This document shows positions 49,399 to 63,187 of a DNA stretch of 64,000 nucleotides, piece after piece; the first letter of the stretch is position 1, and every line of letters begins with the position of its first letter. The stretch is taken from positions 2,666,001 through 2,730,000 of the forward strand of contig JBLDXI010000013.1 of NCBI GenBank assembly GCA_047495785.1, written 5' to 3'. The notes under the pieces were generated by a model, which saw only the letters and a list, made by a program, of their open reading frames with translations, did not search any database and was not told where the DNA came from. The position numbers and the translations under genes were made by a program. The stretch is from Lepidodermella squamata (taxonomy: Eukaryota; Animalia; Gastrotricha).

Positions 49399-50742
49399 GT
49401 CGAGGGGAAAGAAAGAGAAAATTTGATAAAATTAATGATGATGAAATGAAAAGAAGAAAGGCGCGAATGACATCTTACTGGCAAAAGCTTCTTACTTATA
49501 GCCTGATGTTTTCTTCAGGTACAATTTCTTCCTTGTATTTCCTTTTGCCTGTACGTGACAGAATGGCGAACATCAAATAAAAAAGCCGTCAAGACTGGAA
49601 AATAGACATTGAGCCGAAAATAGCCGAATGTTTTCGATGTTTTTTCTTTGAATTCGTCATTTAGCTATAGGCCGATGTTTAATCAGCCACTTAAACTCTT
49701 CCGTAAAACAATGTAGTATATACCGAGTTAAGTGCATAATAAGATGGTGATAAAAACTCCTTAAACTCGAAGGAGCGACATCAAAGCTGGCATTTTACAC
49801 TGGATTTTCATGGGAAATCGCGAGCCTTGTATTCTCGAAAGAAAGTCAGTTGGCTGTAAGGTCACATAGAGACATTTGAGGAGCAGTATCGGTTGAGAAA
49901 GATTGTTGGGGCGATTCTTGAGAGCATTTTAGAATCTTAGAATGCAATGTTACAAGCAGGGTATCCTCGAGGTCCAGACGGGTGTCATAACTTTTAAAGT
50001 ATGACTTCCGATGCCAAAATTCTTCCAGATTGAGACAAATTATTTTCCAACTTGAAACACGGACTTATGGCCCTTATCGATTAAAAATTGTGCTCGCTTT
50101 TAATCCGAATGTTTCTCCATTAGTTTTCATTATTTCTCATGTTACTGCTAACTGCCACATTGCCAACACATTACTCATCTTAAATCATTACCATATAATA
50201 TGGTATTGGCGATGGCAAGAACGGTTACTCTTTGGTATCATTAATTAGCTGAAAATCATGGATAGAAGAAAAACTCACAACCCGAGAATAGCGTCCGAAA
50301 AATAGTTCTTTTATCTTTACTCCAGTCGAGGGAGAAACTCAATATCTCGAACGGAAATTAAATTAAATAATTGGTTTTATACTTATGTATATACTTAATT
50401 GAAAGCATGTTGATACGTAATGTGAGCTATATCATATGAATTAAGTAAATTTAGTGGATAAAACTCGGTAACTCCGTTATTACTGTTGTCAATTTCGTTC
50501 TCCATTACTTTTTTAGTTCCAACAATCCACACTTTCGGGCACCATAGAAATTCCTTTTCACCATAAATGCAGCAGAAAAACTGGCTGACTTTAGCTTACG
50601 GACGGCAGATGAAAGAACAAGCTGAACTGGATGTGGTGTGGTTGTTGTTGGACGCGTTGCCAAGGCGACGAATGAATTCTATAAATTTTCCCGCTAGCGG
50701 CGCAATTCACATGCTTAGGCTAGTCACTGCAGTAAATATGTA

Positions 50743-50756
50743 ATGCGCATGCGCAT
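50743..50756. promoter_or_regulatory. NRF1/Erect-wing-type palindrome upstream of castor
   Basis: ATGCGCATGCGCAT contains the full TGCGCATGCGCA consensus. Confidence 0.45.
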
Positions 50757-51261
50757 ACTGTTTCTCTGGCAAGGATGATGGTGACTGCAGTTTGATCTAT
50801 TATTAATTTGGTCGTTGCAGCAGCAGCCGGCGCGCGCAATGCCACAGCAACGCGGCGGTGAGCTTTAGAATTCATGAAGTATATGCTATAGAGAAAGAGT
50901 TGCCGCTGACAAAAGAATCGAAAGACGCCACGTTCGTCACTGGTCGCGCATTTGATGGGTGGAAGGCGCACGCGTTGCTATGGCGATGTATAGGGCTGAT
51001 GCATATTATACATTATACACAGCGCATTGACCTTCCACACTCGCGCTGTGTTTATAGCTTGTAATAATATACTTACCTATACGTAAATACCTGCTGATGT
51101 TGGTAGCTGTTGGCAATGGTTTTGCAGCTGCTTCGATAAATGCACAGCATTCAGTTTTGAAAAGCGCATTTTAGACAGCGCCTAATCGAATATTTATAAT
51201 CTATCGTACCTGGAAAGTCCGTCGCAATCCTGTAACATTCGCCCAATTATTTCATCAAACG

Positions 51262-53281
51262 ATGATTCGCGAAAACGGCTTTGTTAGCTATCGCAAACGT
51301 TACATTGCCCAACAAGAGGTGATCTCCCACAATTCTTCATCTTCGGAGGGCCCTGATGGCATTGCAGCTCAACATTTCGCTAGGTACGAAGACGACGAGG
51401 TCGCGGCTCCACTCGATTTGACCGCGAAAAAGCGGCCAAAAATTGAGATAACCGCTGGCGAAGATTCAGCATTTAGCGCGGTGGTCGACATGTCGCTTGG
51501 TCATCGGTCTGCTTTTGAATCTCCCCTCGATTTGCGGGTAACTCCGCAGTCAAGCACTCCGCAAATTTCGTCGGTAATATCCGCGTCACCTCTCTCATCG
51601 CCAATATCGTCGTTATCGTCTTCGATTAACAATAACACAAACAACTTGCAGCGCATCGAAGACAGCAACAATGATACATCCTCCTTCACGGGAAACGGAG
51701 AAGATTTCCAACCGAATTTCAATCAGAGTTATATGGGTGATGACGATGATGACGACGAAAGTGATGATAACATCATGGATCAATCTCGAAATGCAGCGAT
51801 CTTCCCCACCCCTGCTTTAGTATCGCTACCTCAAATTCAAATACCGACTCCAACACCCGTCTTCGCTCGCTGTAGTGCCTCGGTTCCAGAGTGTTCCAAT
51901 CCTCACACAATGGCGGCTAATGACCATTGGCATTGCAATTCGTGTCCCGCCTCGTTATTTGTCAGGAAAGAAGAAGTCGAAAGGCACGAGCGATGGCACG
52001 CTCGCCAGCATCATTGGCTTTCACGAGGATTTCTTCGATGCACGCCCGGCGATCGAACGGCCTGCTTACGCGCTTTCCCTAAATGCCAGTATGCGGGACA
52101 TCAGACTCATTACCACTGTCTCCAGGTAATAATAACACAATGCTATGTATAAATATTCTGAATTTTTTCGTTTACAGCCTGGTTGTAATCGGTGTTATAT
52201 CAATACGTATGAAGTTACTCTTCACGAAGCCTCTCATCGTAAGGACAGTGCGATTGCACTGGATGGTTTTATCCGATTTCGAGCTACCGATATATGCGGC
52301 AATCGCCAATGCCCTTACATCTCAGCGCATACAACTCATTTTCACTGTCAGCGGCCTAACTGCGGATACGCTTTCAAGGTGAAAGCTGATATGGAAAAAC
52401 ACAAAATTTACCATCAGCGAGATGACGATTATATGCGAGATGGTTTCCGAAAATTTATGAAGTACCAGGCGTGCCCGTTTGCGGCGCAGGGTTGCACCTC
52501 GTCTAAGGTCACCAATCACATACACTGCTTGCGATGTGGCTACGTATTGCACAGTTCAGGTCAACTCAGTTCACACAGGAGGAAGCATGAACGTGAAGAC
52601 CAAGAACGAAATGTGGGAAATGGGCCTAAAGAACGAACCGGCTCGCCTCTTCCTCTCGCCCCTCGTTTGCTGGACAGCCGAAGCCCAACCGATTCCCCGC
52701 CGCCAATGCCCTCGCTTCTTAATTCAAATTTGAGAAGTGCCTTCCAACCAGTTTCTAACAGTATTAACAAATTATACCCCGTAAAATCTGTCATGCCGAG
52801 CAGTCCGAGGTTACCAGTCCCTGTTACTCGATCAAGTGCTCGCGTGAACAATAAATTCGTTAAGCAGGAGAAACTCATTCAAATCCCAACGCTCAATATC
52901 GACGATGAGAGCAACTGCGACACGTAATATTTTGCAATCAAAATAATTCATTTCAATATCAATTTTTCCATTTTTAGAGCATCCCCTCTGCCGGCTTCTT
53001 CCTCCAGTGACGTCACACCGCCGGTGCCAATTCCGCAAAAAATAGGCCAAAAGAATGAGAATAGCTTTGAAATAAAGCGGTCGATTTCACACGCCGGCGA
53101 GCAGTGCGAGTTTGCACACTGCATATATTCAGGCCGTAGTATCGAGCACTACCATTGCCCGCTACCTTCTGCTGACGCGAACTCGCCCGGACCGGCGTGC
53201 TCTTGCTCATTCACCAGAATTGCTACTCTACAGCTGCATCTCAAAGTCGTTCATAACCACATCTGTGTCGCCGACAAGTGA
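51262..53281 (+). CDS. cas: Castor/CASZ1 zinc-finger transcription factor; exons 51262-52125, 52178-52923, 52978-53281 (5' end uncertain)
   Basis: Castor double fingers HYHCLQPGC...HRKDSAIALDGFIRFRATDIC...TTHFHCQRPNCGYAFKVKADMEKHKIYHQRDDDYMRDGFRKFMKYQAC...NHIHC..VLHSSGQLSSHRRKHER; two PLDL motifs. Confidence 0.93.
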
Positions 53282-54341
53282 TCTCTTTTTTTCTGCTACC
53301 GCAACTGTGATTTCGTGTCAATAAAACCGACGTAATATATCAATAGGGAGTTTCGCCTTTTGATATTACCTGGATAAATGTGAAATATGACCTTGGGTAA
53401 AATGACAAAAAACTGGTTTCATCCATTCGGTTTACTATGTTAAACGTTGCTACAGCTTACATTCAGCAAAATTTTAGCTTTAATATAATTTCTCAACGAT
53501 ATATTCATATTTCTTTTACATTCGAGGCGAGAAAAATTAAAGACACACTTCGGGTCACTCTCAAAACCACAACGAAAACTGAACTGACAAGTGCAGTAGT
53601 TATCAGTTTAATTATACATTTTGCAAATTTTTTCGACGCTTGCTGAGTGTATGGTATAAGATAACATAGAAACAGTATAATGAAAAAACACTATTTTGTG
53701 GTACATCGTACGATACCGAAATTTCACGCGGGCTATTTTTGTGCGACTGAGTGACTGGTGAAGAAAGAATAACATTTCTTCGTTAATCATACACGATTTT
53801 AAGATGTAAAAGAAGAAAAACACACACTGATAGACGTATAATATCTGCGTTTTTTTGAACTTCGGGGTCAGATCACACTTTTTTATTACAGATAACACTG
53901 TAAGCACACGAAAAAGCACACGGGAGGAAGAAGTATAATAAGCGAGATGGCGGCAAATCATCACACTTTTACGAAAAAATGCAACATCTCACACGGTACG
54001 CTGTAATCTTTGCTCGCGAAGAAGTAACACTCCGGGTTCGAAGTAAATATTATGTATTTACAAATTACAACACGAATTTTTATTACTCAGAAATTCGAAT
54101 ACAGATACTATCGCTCGAATCACATCACAAAACCGCAATAATTTGTAAATAAGAAAGAAACGAGACGAACCGTGTGTTATTCACGTACCATAGTTTTGTT
54201 TGTAACAACCTATTTGTGCTGCGATTTTGCGCTAAAAAATAATAAGTGCACACCCGCTAGGCAAGAAAAACTCTGCATAGTGTAGAGAAAGAGATCAGAG
54301 CATGTAATGACCTCTCACTTGTAAGTAGTAATATTTAGAAT

Positions 54342-57300
54342 TCAACTCTTCGCGCTGGTTGAACTGCTTCCAATTGTCATCAGCAGCGAGCGGATGATGC
54401 TTTGAGCCATTCGTAGCGATTTAGCGACCCGGGTCGAGCCGGTAGACACCGTGCCAGAGGAGACCGAGGTCAGGAAGCGTTCGATGCCCGATTCAGCACC
54501 GCGGGCGATCTGCGGCAGATTCCTAGCGACTAGCACGTCATTGACATCAAGCGCCATGATAGCCTCGCTCAGCCAATCAGCTTTCAGCTCGGATTGAGTG
54601 GTCAAGTCGAAGGCCATTTGTTGGATGAAGGACAGCAGAACGGCCTGCGATAACGGGCACGGGCCGGTGCCGCGGAAAATCGTGGCGATCGGCACCTGTT
54701 GGCACAGCCACACGAGGGTCGGCAGGTCAGTAGCACCAAGCGCCGTTTGGAAGGCCGAATTCCACTCGGAGCGGCGGATAAAATCAGCAATTTGCCGCTT
54801 CGTATCAGCAGCCGATACAGCGGTGTTGACCGGGGTCGGGGCCGGGGTGACCGGGCGAGACCTGGCAACGGCGCCCGCAACCGCCTGGTCAACGGTGGAC
54901 GCCGTTTGTTTCGCAAGCGTCTCCATCCTTTCGGAGATCGAACGCAAAATCGCGGCCTGCAGATTCTTATTCGCTTCATTTGTGCGTTGCTCATAGGCCA
55001 ACATGTGGTCGGTGAATTTGCGTTCCATCAAAGACTCCAAGCGGTTGATGATAGCGGCTTCGATGTTTGAATATTGCTGTTGAATAGCTGACTGATGAGC
55101 GGCGAGAGTAGCGTCCAAATTTGCCCGTAATCGCTGTTCGTATTGAGCAGTACCCTGAGCCAACGTATCGCCAAGTTGGGCGAGCATCGACTGGACAGAG
55201 CGGTCGATAGCCGGTAGGACGGTCGAGGTGAAAACTTCGCGGGAAGCTGTGGCAACAGCGTGATTGGCAGCTTCAGCAGTTGATTGCGTGATCGCATCGA
55301 CAACCGGCCGGCTAGCAACGACGCCTTGAATCGCGTGCCTGAACACGTCCATCGAAGCGTGGACGCGCTCAGCAACCTGTTGCGAAACAGCCGCCTTGAC
55401 ATCGGCAACCGCTTGGCGACCGGTCGCGTCCAGCTGGTTGCGGCAGTCCGCAATCGCCTCGGTCAGCAGCATTTCGACACGAGCGGTGGCCTGGCGGCCG
55501 ACGACTTCGCCTAGTTGAGACGCCATGCTGGCGGTTTCGAAGGCCTGAGAATCAGATCGAGCCATGGCGACCTCGCGACGTTCGAGGTGGTTGATGCGCT
55601 CCGTGACGCCGTTGAGCAGTTGCAAGATAGAGCGTTGATTTTCGACGAGATGCGACATGGTTTCGCGGAACTGGCCCAATTCGGCGGTCAGCTGGCGACT
55701 TTGCTCGGCGCTAGCGGAAGCCGGCGTTGCACCGGTTGTACCCTGAGGAGTTCGGTTCTGCTGCGAAACTTGCTGTGAGGTTCTGACTGGTAGAGATAGG
55801 CTAGCACCGTTCAAAGTCGTTGAATCTGACACAGATCCCAAAAGAGCTCCAGGAGCCAAGAGCTGAGGGGTAGCCGAAGCTGGTTGGCTGCCATTTGCAA
55901 ACGAAGAATATCTGAAAATTCGCAAATTTAATTAATAGCAAGTTCGACCTTGTTATTCTAAAATTATATGAAGCTAAGATAAGCTAACCGATTTTTGGCT
56001 ACTGGTAAAAGAGATGGTTTTCCTTTAGGAGCAGCTTTCGCCGCCATTTCGTTATGGTCAAGCCTCAAAAATATTTTGAAATCAAAAAAGGAAAACGTTT
56101 TGAAGGATTCTTAAAGCATCAATTTTAAGTGTGTATTAAGAGGCATAAAATCAAGTACTACAAATCGCCAATAGCCAAACCAAATGCACGCAGAAGACTC
56201 AAGAGACCATGTAAATGTATACCCCAAACAAAAATAAGACTAGCTTATTATAAATTCAATAAATTTAGACATTAAAGCTCAAGTCGCGTCACTTACTGAT
56301 TGGCACCTCCATTCATTTGAAGGTGGTTGGCATCGTCAAAAGCTCCATCGTTTCCGTCACCCTGATCGACTCCAATTGGTCGGCTATTCAAAATATCCGC
56401 GACTTCCAGGCTGGTATCGCTTGGCGGTGGTGATGGGCGTCGCAAACGATGCGCGTCAATACTGGCCTCGACCGTATCGGTGCTCTGACCCATCTGAGTG
56501 GCGCGGAACCGACCAGCTGCTTCGAAAAGCATACCAACTACATCACGCTGGCCGGCAGCCGACATGCCGCCGCTGTCAACCGATGCAGCGTGGATGACCA
56601 TAGACGGCGCGCCCTGTTGCTGCGGCGAGAAATTGACTGAATTCGTAGAATTCGCCAGACTAGCCTGTCTGTTGTTATTAGCCGGCATTTTGGCACCATG
56701 TGGCGAGTTGATGTTAATACCGCCTGGGAACAGTGAAATCGAGGCGGTGGTCGGGCGAGAAGCCGAATCGTCCTGGTTATCGAGACCAGTTGCATTGAGG
56801 GCGGTCAGTGGCAAGCTGGTAACCCCGGTCAACGTACTAGCACCGCCAGGAGAATTCTTCGCTTGTGATGTCAGGCTTCTGTTCAAGAGATCGGGAGTAA
56901 CCAAGTGGCGGCCGATGTCAGACAGGGATAAACCGTCATTTCGGGCCGAAGAATTCGCAGCAACTGATTTTTGAGCCGGCGAATGGATATCCGACGATTT
57001 CGACGGCAAACCAGCCACCTTAATTGTCAACTCATGGATCAATTTCGGGCTAACAGCGATCAAATGACCCGATACAGGCAAGCCAGTGGCGCGGCCAGTT
57101 GACATAAAGCTCAGCGATTGGTCGTTGTTGTTACCAGCGCCGAGGCTGCCGTTCAGAAGCAGCGAATTCATATTCTCCTGATCATCGTTGCCATTCGAGT
57201 GAGAATGGTCGCCGTTTTTCGGCGATTTGAATCCAACTTTCAGCAGAGCAAAATCGAGGCATTCACTAGCCAGCAGAAGTTCGGTGATCGAGGCGCAAGA

Positions 57301-58671
57301 GGCGGTAGTTTCTGTCTGCTCCAAGTGCAGCAGGTACAACACGGCTCGGTTAGTGTCGGTCAAAAAGGCGAAATCGCCGCTGAGCGACAATTGAAGTCGC
57401 AGAGACGGCGAGGTTTGCAAGCTTGGTTGAAAGGTCAAAGTTTGCAGGCACTCCCACGTCTGGCAGTGCCACAGTTTGATTTCGGCAAAACCTGAATTAG
57501 CTTCAGGGGCAGGCTGGCTGAGGGTCAGGGCGTATTTCCACATGGTCGATAACGGCTCTTCGACATTGTCGAGGAAGCACAGAGAGTAAACCGGGCGGCC
57601 GTTATGAGGTCGCCAATGCTGCAAGACTGAGACGTTATAGCCTGCATCGGCATCAGAAGCTTCGTCGACAGCGTCGAGTTGCAAGAAGTTGACATAGCCA
57701 TCCAAACTGGTCGTTCCGACAATCAAATGCTCGCCATCGCAGCTGAGAACAGCGTCAGTGACCGGCAGTTGATGCTCGGTAACGTCGTAACGGCCGCTTG
57801 TAACCGAGTTGAGCAGAAGAGGCTCGGCTGAACTTTGACGACCCCCGGCCAATCGGCCGATAACGTCAAGTCGCCACAATTCGGCTCTAGTGTCAGATGT
57901 AACGATCAAAGATAAGCCGAGATCCGGTACAGATTCGGTGTCGATGCAGCGAACGTAAGGTGACCAAACCACGCGACGCCATGCAATGGAGGGCAGCGTA
58001 GCTGGGTCACCATTCGGGAAAATGCTGACGACCGGTTGGAAAGTCAACACGGTCTGTTGCTCGTTTTCAACGACTCGAACTACGAGAACGCAGCCCAAAT
58101 CGTCAACGGCAGCCAAAAGCGGTTTTTGGTCCCTGTCGAACGAAAAAGCCAAGTCTAGGGTTGAACCCAAGAGGCCGCTCAGTAGGCCCTTAGAGGCAGT
58201 TCGGCGGTTGCAAACGCGAATCCGGTCACCCGATGATAAGTCCTCAACATTTCGAGGCTGACCTGGGGACGGGCCTCGAATTACGTAGGCCAAGTAGCGG
58301 CCCTGGGAGCTGACAGCAATGATATGTCCAGTCGGGTTGCGCAAGTCCCACTCGCGTTTGCTGATAGGCTTCGAAGTCACACGAGAGCTGGTAGAGCCGC
58401 GGCCGGTGGCCAGTGAAACACTCGAAGCGACACTCGGGATAATGTGGACTTCGCTTCCACGGAGGGCGTGCGTGACTGTCGAGTCATCGCCTTGCAAGAT
58501 TCTGAAAATAAATTTCAAGATTTAAAAAATCTTCCTTAAATAATTTGCAATAGAAAGTCAACATTCAGGTAGTTTTGAAGCCAATGAAACTTACACTTGC
58601 TGCTGCTTGGTTGAGACATTAGAAGTCAATGAACGTGATGTATGAGGTTCTAGCTCTATTTCAGCAGACAT
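54342..58671 (-). CDS. EDC4: Enhancer of mRNA-decapping protein 4 (Ge-1); exons 58671-58595, 58501-56297, 55911-54342
   Basis: WD40 region WRPHNGRPVYSLCFLDN...WKYALT...EIKLWHCQTWECLQTLTF, Ser-rich linker, C-terminal AFQTALGATDL..LVWLC...PLSQAVLLSFIQQMAFDL...KADWL. Confidence 0.92.
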
Positions 58672-59053
58672 TTCCGATATCTTATATAAAAATCTAGAGG
58701 CAAAATAGTTCAAGTTATTTATGCAGAGGTTCATGTCATCAATATTATTCCTTTTTATTATTAAAATCAAGTGCAGAAATTGCGAATTCACGAGAAATAA
58801 ATACACAAGATTGAAGTCGACGATTGGACAGCAGTAATTTGGGAAATAAGAGTTATTTTTTATCGAATTCACATTTCGATTTTCACAGAAATTATCGACG
58901 GAATTTTATTATAATAATAATAAATGACATCATTGGGAATACTCTGCGTAATTTATATATCCATATGATTTTCGATTGGCTCACCACATCTACACCTTAT
59001 TGCACGCTTCTGGAATCATGATAAGAAACGAGAAAAAAGCCTTGAATCTGGGA

Positions 59054-61921
59054 TCAAATTGTGACTTCAGCAAACTCAGCATCGCCGTCTTGAATTCGGC
59101 TGCGAATGAACGAAGCGAGGCAGTCGAAGTGGCGGCGAGTGACAACCGCGTCCTCGCGATCACCGATAGGCTCGAGGCCTTCGACGATTTTGGCGGCTAG
59201 TTGGGACAGCATAGCCGGTTTCACATCGGCGCAACCTTGCTGCCTGAAGTAAACGAAATGACTTAGCAGTTCAACGTGCAGTTGAACAGTAAGCAAATCG
59301 TCCATCGACTGGCTCGCGATCTTGAGCCCGCGCTTCAAACACTCGGCGACACGCTTGCCTTCATGCAAAGGCGCGGCTCCGCTATCAGTCAAAACCTTGG
59401 CGGACCAGAAAAGGTGGGCACATTGGCCAACGGCTCGCGTCTGGTCCGGCTTTTTCAATAGCTTAGTCGCAGCTTGGGCGGCTTTTGTCCTAAGAGGCTC
59501 GTGATTTTCAGCTGTGAAACAGCTCATTTGTTCGAGAGCCCCGATCAAAAGAGATAGAGCAGCCTGTTGGGCTCGGCTGTCCGTCACCTCCTCCTCATAA
59601 ATTGAGAAAGCCTGCGAATAAAATTCGTAGGCAATTTTCTCGCGGTTAGCAAAGCTAGTAAGCCGATCAACAGCAATAGCAGCCGACAAAAACAAGCGCA
59701 TAGCCAGTTCAGCTAATGGTTCTGCTTGTCCGATGGCAACGCATAGAGAATGGACGAATTGGAATATTTTCTCCACTTTTGGCTCCCAATTAGCGTCAGA
59801 TTCCTTCTCTGCCTCATAACGATGAGCGAGGCGGATAGCCTAAAATTTGAGGAAGAACGTATAAGCAATCAAGGAATAATGCGTTGAAATTACCTGGAAA
59901 ACCAAAGGTGGCAACGTAAACTGTAAGCGCTCATGAGCTGCTCCTTTGGTCAAGAGAATTTTCTTGGCAGCAGAGAGCATCAAAAAGTGCCTATCCAGCA
60001 CTGAAACTTCGCTGCTACCCTCATCGGTTGGGGCGATCAAGTGCAAGAACCGGCCGACGCTAGTTTGCTCTTCATGAACGTCCTCAGGGTCAGACCCAAC
60101 TGAGCCTCCCTTCTGCGAGGGAACGCTTTGAATTCCAAGAATGACCGAATTAAGAAGGCTCAACGACTTTTGCACATGTTCCGGAGTCTGCAGAACTTCG
60201 CCTGCTTCGAGGGCTTGGTTAATCACATATAGCAGCACTTGGCGTCGAGCGGCGAAGTCTGTCCAAGCAATCACATTTGAAAAGTTGGTAAGTCCTAAGA
60301 GACTAAGTATTTTGCCGTGGTAATGGTCCACGATGGCACGTAAAAGTTTAACGAGCTCTCTACCAGCGGCAGTGGAGAACTCGACCTTAGCTGAACAAGA
60401 ATCTACGGTAGCGCCAGATTGTCCACCAGAAAGTTGCACGCCAAGAGAAGCATCCGTCGTTTGAAGAACTGTGTCAATCAAGTCAGCACGCTCGGGATAG
60501 CAAGATAAAGCCAAGTCAAGTAGGGCTGATTGTAACTGAACTACTCCATCTAATGGCATGTTAGGGTGACTTGCAATAATCTAATAAACAATTAAAAATA
60601 AATTTTGCTAAAAAGAAATGATGAAAAACCCATACCTCGGCAATATTTCCAGAGAAAATTTGGAACAAATTAATTCTTTCGGGAATGGCTGAACTTCCAC
60701 CGGTTGATCCTTGTTTCGCGAAGTTTGCCAAGCGCGAAATAAGCTGAATCACAATGTGTTTCACGTTAACATCTGGTTGAAGCTCCGAACATGCATGCAG
60801 GTACTGGTCAAGGGTTTCCAACTGGAACTCGTCGGGAAATACTTGAACGAGACATTCCATCAAGTACTCCTGAGCGATAGCATCGCGGCAGTTAACAATC
60901 TGCTCCAGCAAAGCAGGTAATATATGTTGAGTGTACATTTCAACGGTGACAGATTCCAGCTGACTTAAAACCATCAAGTTGGAGCCGACCACAAGTTTTA
61001 AATCGCGACGCTCCTGTTCGCGGCGATCACGCTCACGGCTGTGGCCTAAATGTTGCATGCGCACCCACAACTTATTAGTTTCCGCGAAATTTAACAAGGC
61101 AAATTCAATCGAATCTTGAACGCTTCCCTCGTTACCAGCTGTCTCTTTGCCGGTTTCCTGCAAGTGTTTATAATTTTGCCCGTAATCAATTTATATTAGG
61201 ATGAAATTGATCAACATACAATGTTATCAGGCAGTAGATTTTTTGTCATTTCAAGCAGATATTTGCGCAGGAATAGGCCACGGAGAGGGTGTTGAACACC
61301 TCGACACATTTCAACCAAATCACGTAGAACGTCGCGTTTGGTCAACAGTTTGGTTTTGATGAAAGCCGAACCGACGGTAATAATCAAGTACAACCGGGGA
61401 ATGATATTTCCACAGTATTGAACCAATTCATACAAGTCGGCAACCTTGTGACCACGGCCGTGTTCTTCTATAATAAATTGTTCAAAGCATCGCAGCTGTT
61501 CTGTCACTAGCATGTCTACAAAACAAATCCGTTCATGCGTCATGCCAACAAATCTGATAAATATAGTATATATCACTTACACAATGTGTAATAAGACTTG
61601 GGTGACAGAACAGATGTGCGCATTTCATTTAACAGATTGGATGCGTGTTTCAGTCCATCCGTCATTTTGTTTTGATCCTGAAAATAATAATGAATATTTT
61701 CAGCGGTCTGACATTTATCAAAGCACAATCCGTCGCTAAGGATTGAGAATTGATTAAGTCACTTACGAAGCATCTCTTCATGTTCGTTGACTCCACCTTA
61801 ACGATCTCCGCCTGTTCCTTGAGAAGCTGAGCTTCCTCATCTTCGGAAATCTGAACGACTTGCGGCTGAAAAATAGGTAGAAATATAATGACCGGCTCAC
61901 CAGATGCGGAGCACATACCAT
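59054..61921 (-). CDS. VPS35: Retromer subunit VPS35, multi-exon; first coding exon is ATG only (61921-61919)
   Basis: [115 protein letters not shown]. Confidence 0.97.
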
Positions 61922-62726
61922 AACAAAATTATAGAAATTCCACGTCAAGCCGAGTTTGCGGCTCACGGATTAATTGCCTATTGAAATTGCATGAAATTGT
62001 CATTTTAAAATTCAAGCGTCATTCATATTTCCAGTAGATCATAAAATCATAAGGTGGCGATGTTCCATGTAGCAAGTAAATTCTTTATAACTCTTTAAAG
62101 CTAGAACATGGCGAATAAGGGCTCGAGATTTCGCATGCATCATACCGGCAACATTAAAAGTCGTCGCCACTCTTAGAACCTGAGAGCTGAGAGCTAAGAG
62201 CAACAGAACCTCGAAATTCAAAATAAGTAACTAATAAATGACAGCTAACTATGCCAAAATTGGAATGTTTTACTATTGAGTAATTATACGGTGACTTCAC
62301 AGGCGGACTTAAAGCCTGGGCTTCTGCTTCTGGATAAATCAATAAAAACTGAAAAAAACCCGAAGAGCTTCATTTTACCTCCAAATTAATAATTATTAAT
62401 CTTTTGTATTTTTGATTAATGCAACATTTTGTCCGATATTAAACGCGTCGATAATTTAATTTTATAATTGAAATAATAACGCTAACAGGAGGAAGCTCGC
62501 CGTTCGAGAGTCGAAATCACGGAGTCGATAATTACGGTCGAAGACCCCCCAAGGAAAAAAGTTAGGATAGATCGACAGTCGATGTAGATGTCATTTAGAT
62601 GTGATCTTTTTTGATGCGAGGATGCATCTTAGATGTAACTTACATGAATCGTGGATGATCGTTAAGCTTCATGTACAATTCATCCGAGCATCATCTTAAC
62701 ATGAAGCCATGATGATACATGGCCTT

Positions 62727-62900
62727 ATCTACATGATATCTACACGACAAGTAGATGGGATCTACATGACAAGTAGATGGGATCTACACGACATCTACAT
62801 GACAAGTAGATGGGATCTACATGAAATCTATATGACAAGTAGATGCGATCTACATGACATGTAGATCTCATCTACATGGCATCTACATTTCATGTAGATG
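62727..62900. repeat. 11/22-bp palindromic minisatellite (ATCTACATGACAAGTAGATGGG)
   Basis: About a dozen direct and inverted ATCTAC/GTAGAT units. Confidence 0.9.
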
Positions 62901-63012
62901 TGCACTACATAATTTGACAAAATCATGTCATCAAGATGTCGTATCGATAAACACCTTAAGATTATGGGTAATTTTCAGTCGACATGACTTCTAACCCATT
63001 GAACTCTTAATT

Positions 63013-63187
63013 AGTATTATTAGTATTATTATTAGTATTAAATTGAAATAATTTCACGAGAAGCCTTGGGGCGACCCTTTAGGCTCTGGGTTACAATGGC
63101 GCTCCCCTCAGCTCGCGAAGGCAGAGAGTGAACGCTTAGGTTAAACTCACCCACGCCCAGTCTCGTCAAAAACCGTCTGAATATGAA
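63013..63187 (-). mobile_element. Nested 3' fragment of a retroelement with (TAA/TAC)n tail
   Basis: GC-rich hairpin-forming block, minus-strand tail TAATACTAATAATAATACTAATAATACT, TTAATT on both sides (63007-63012, 63188-63193). Confidence 0.45.
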
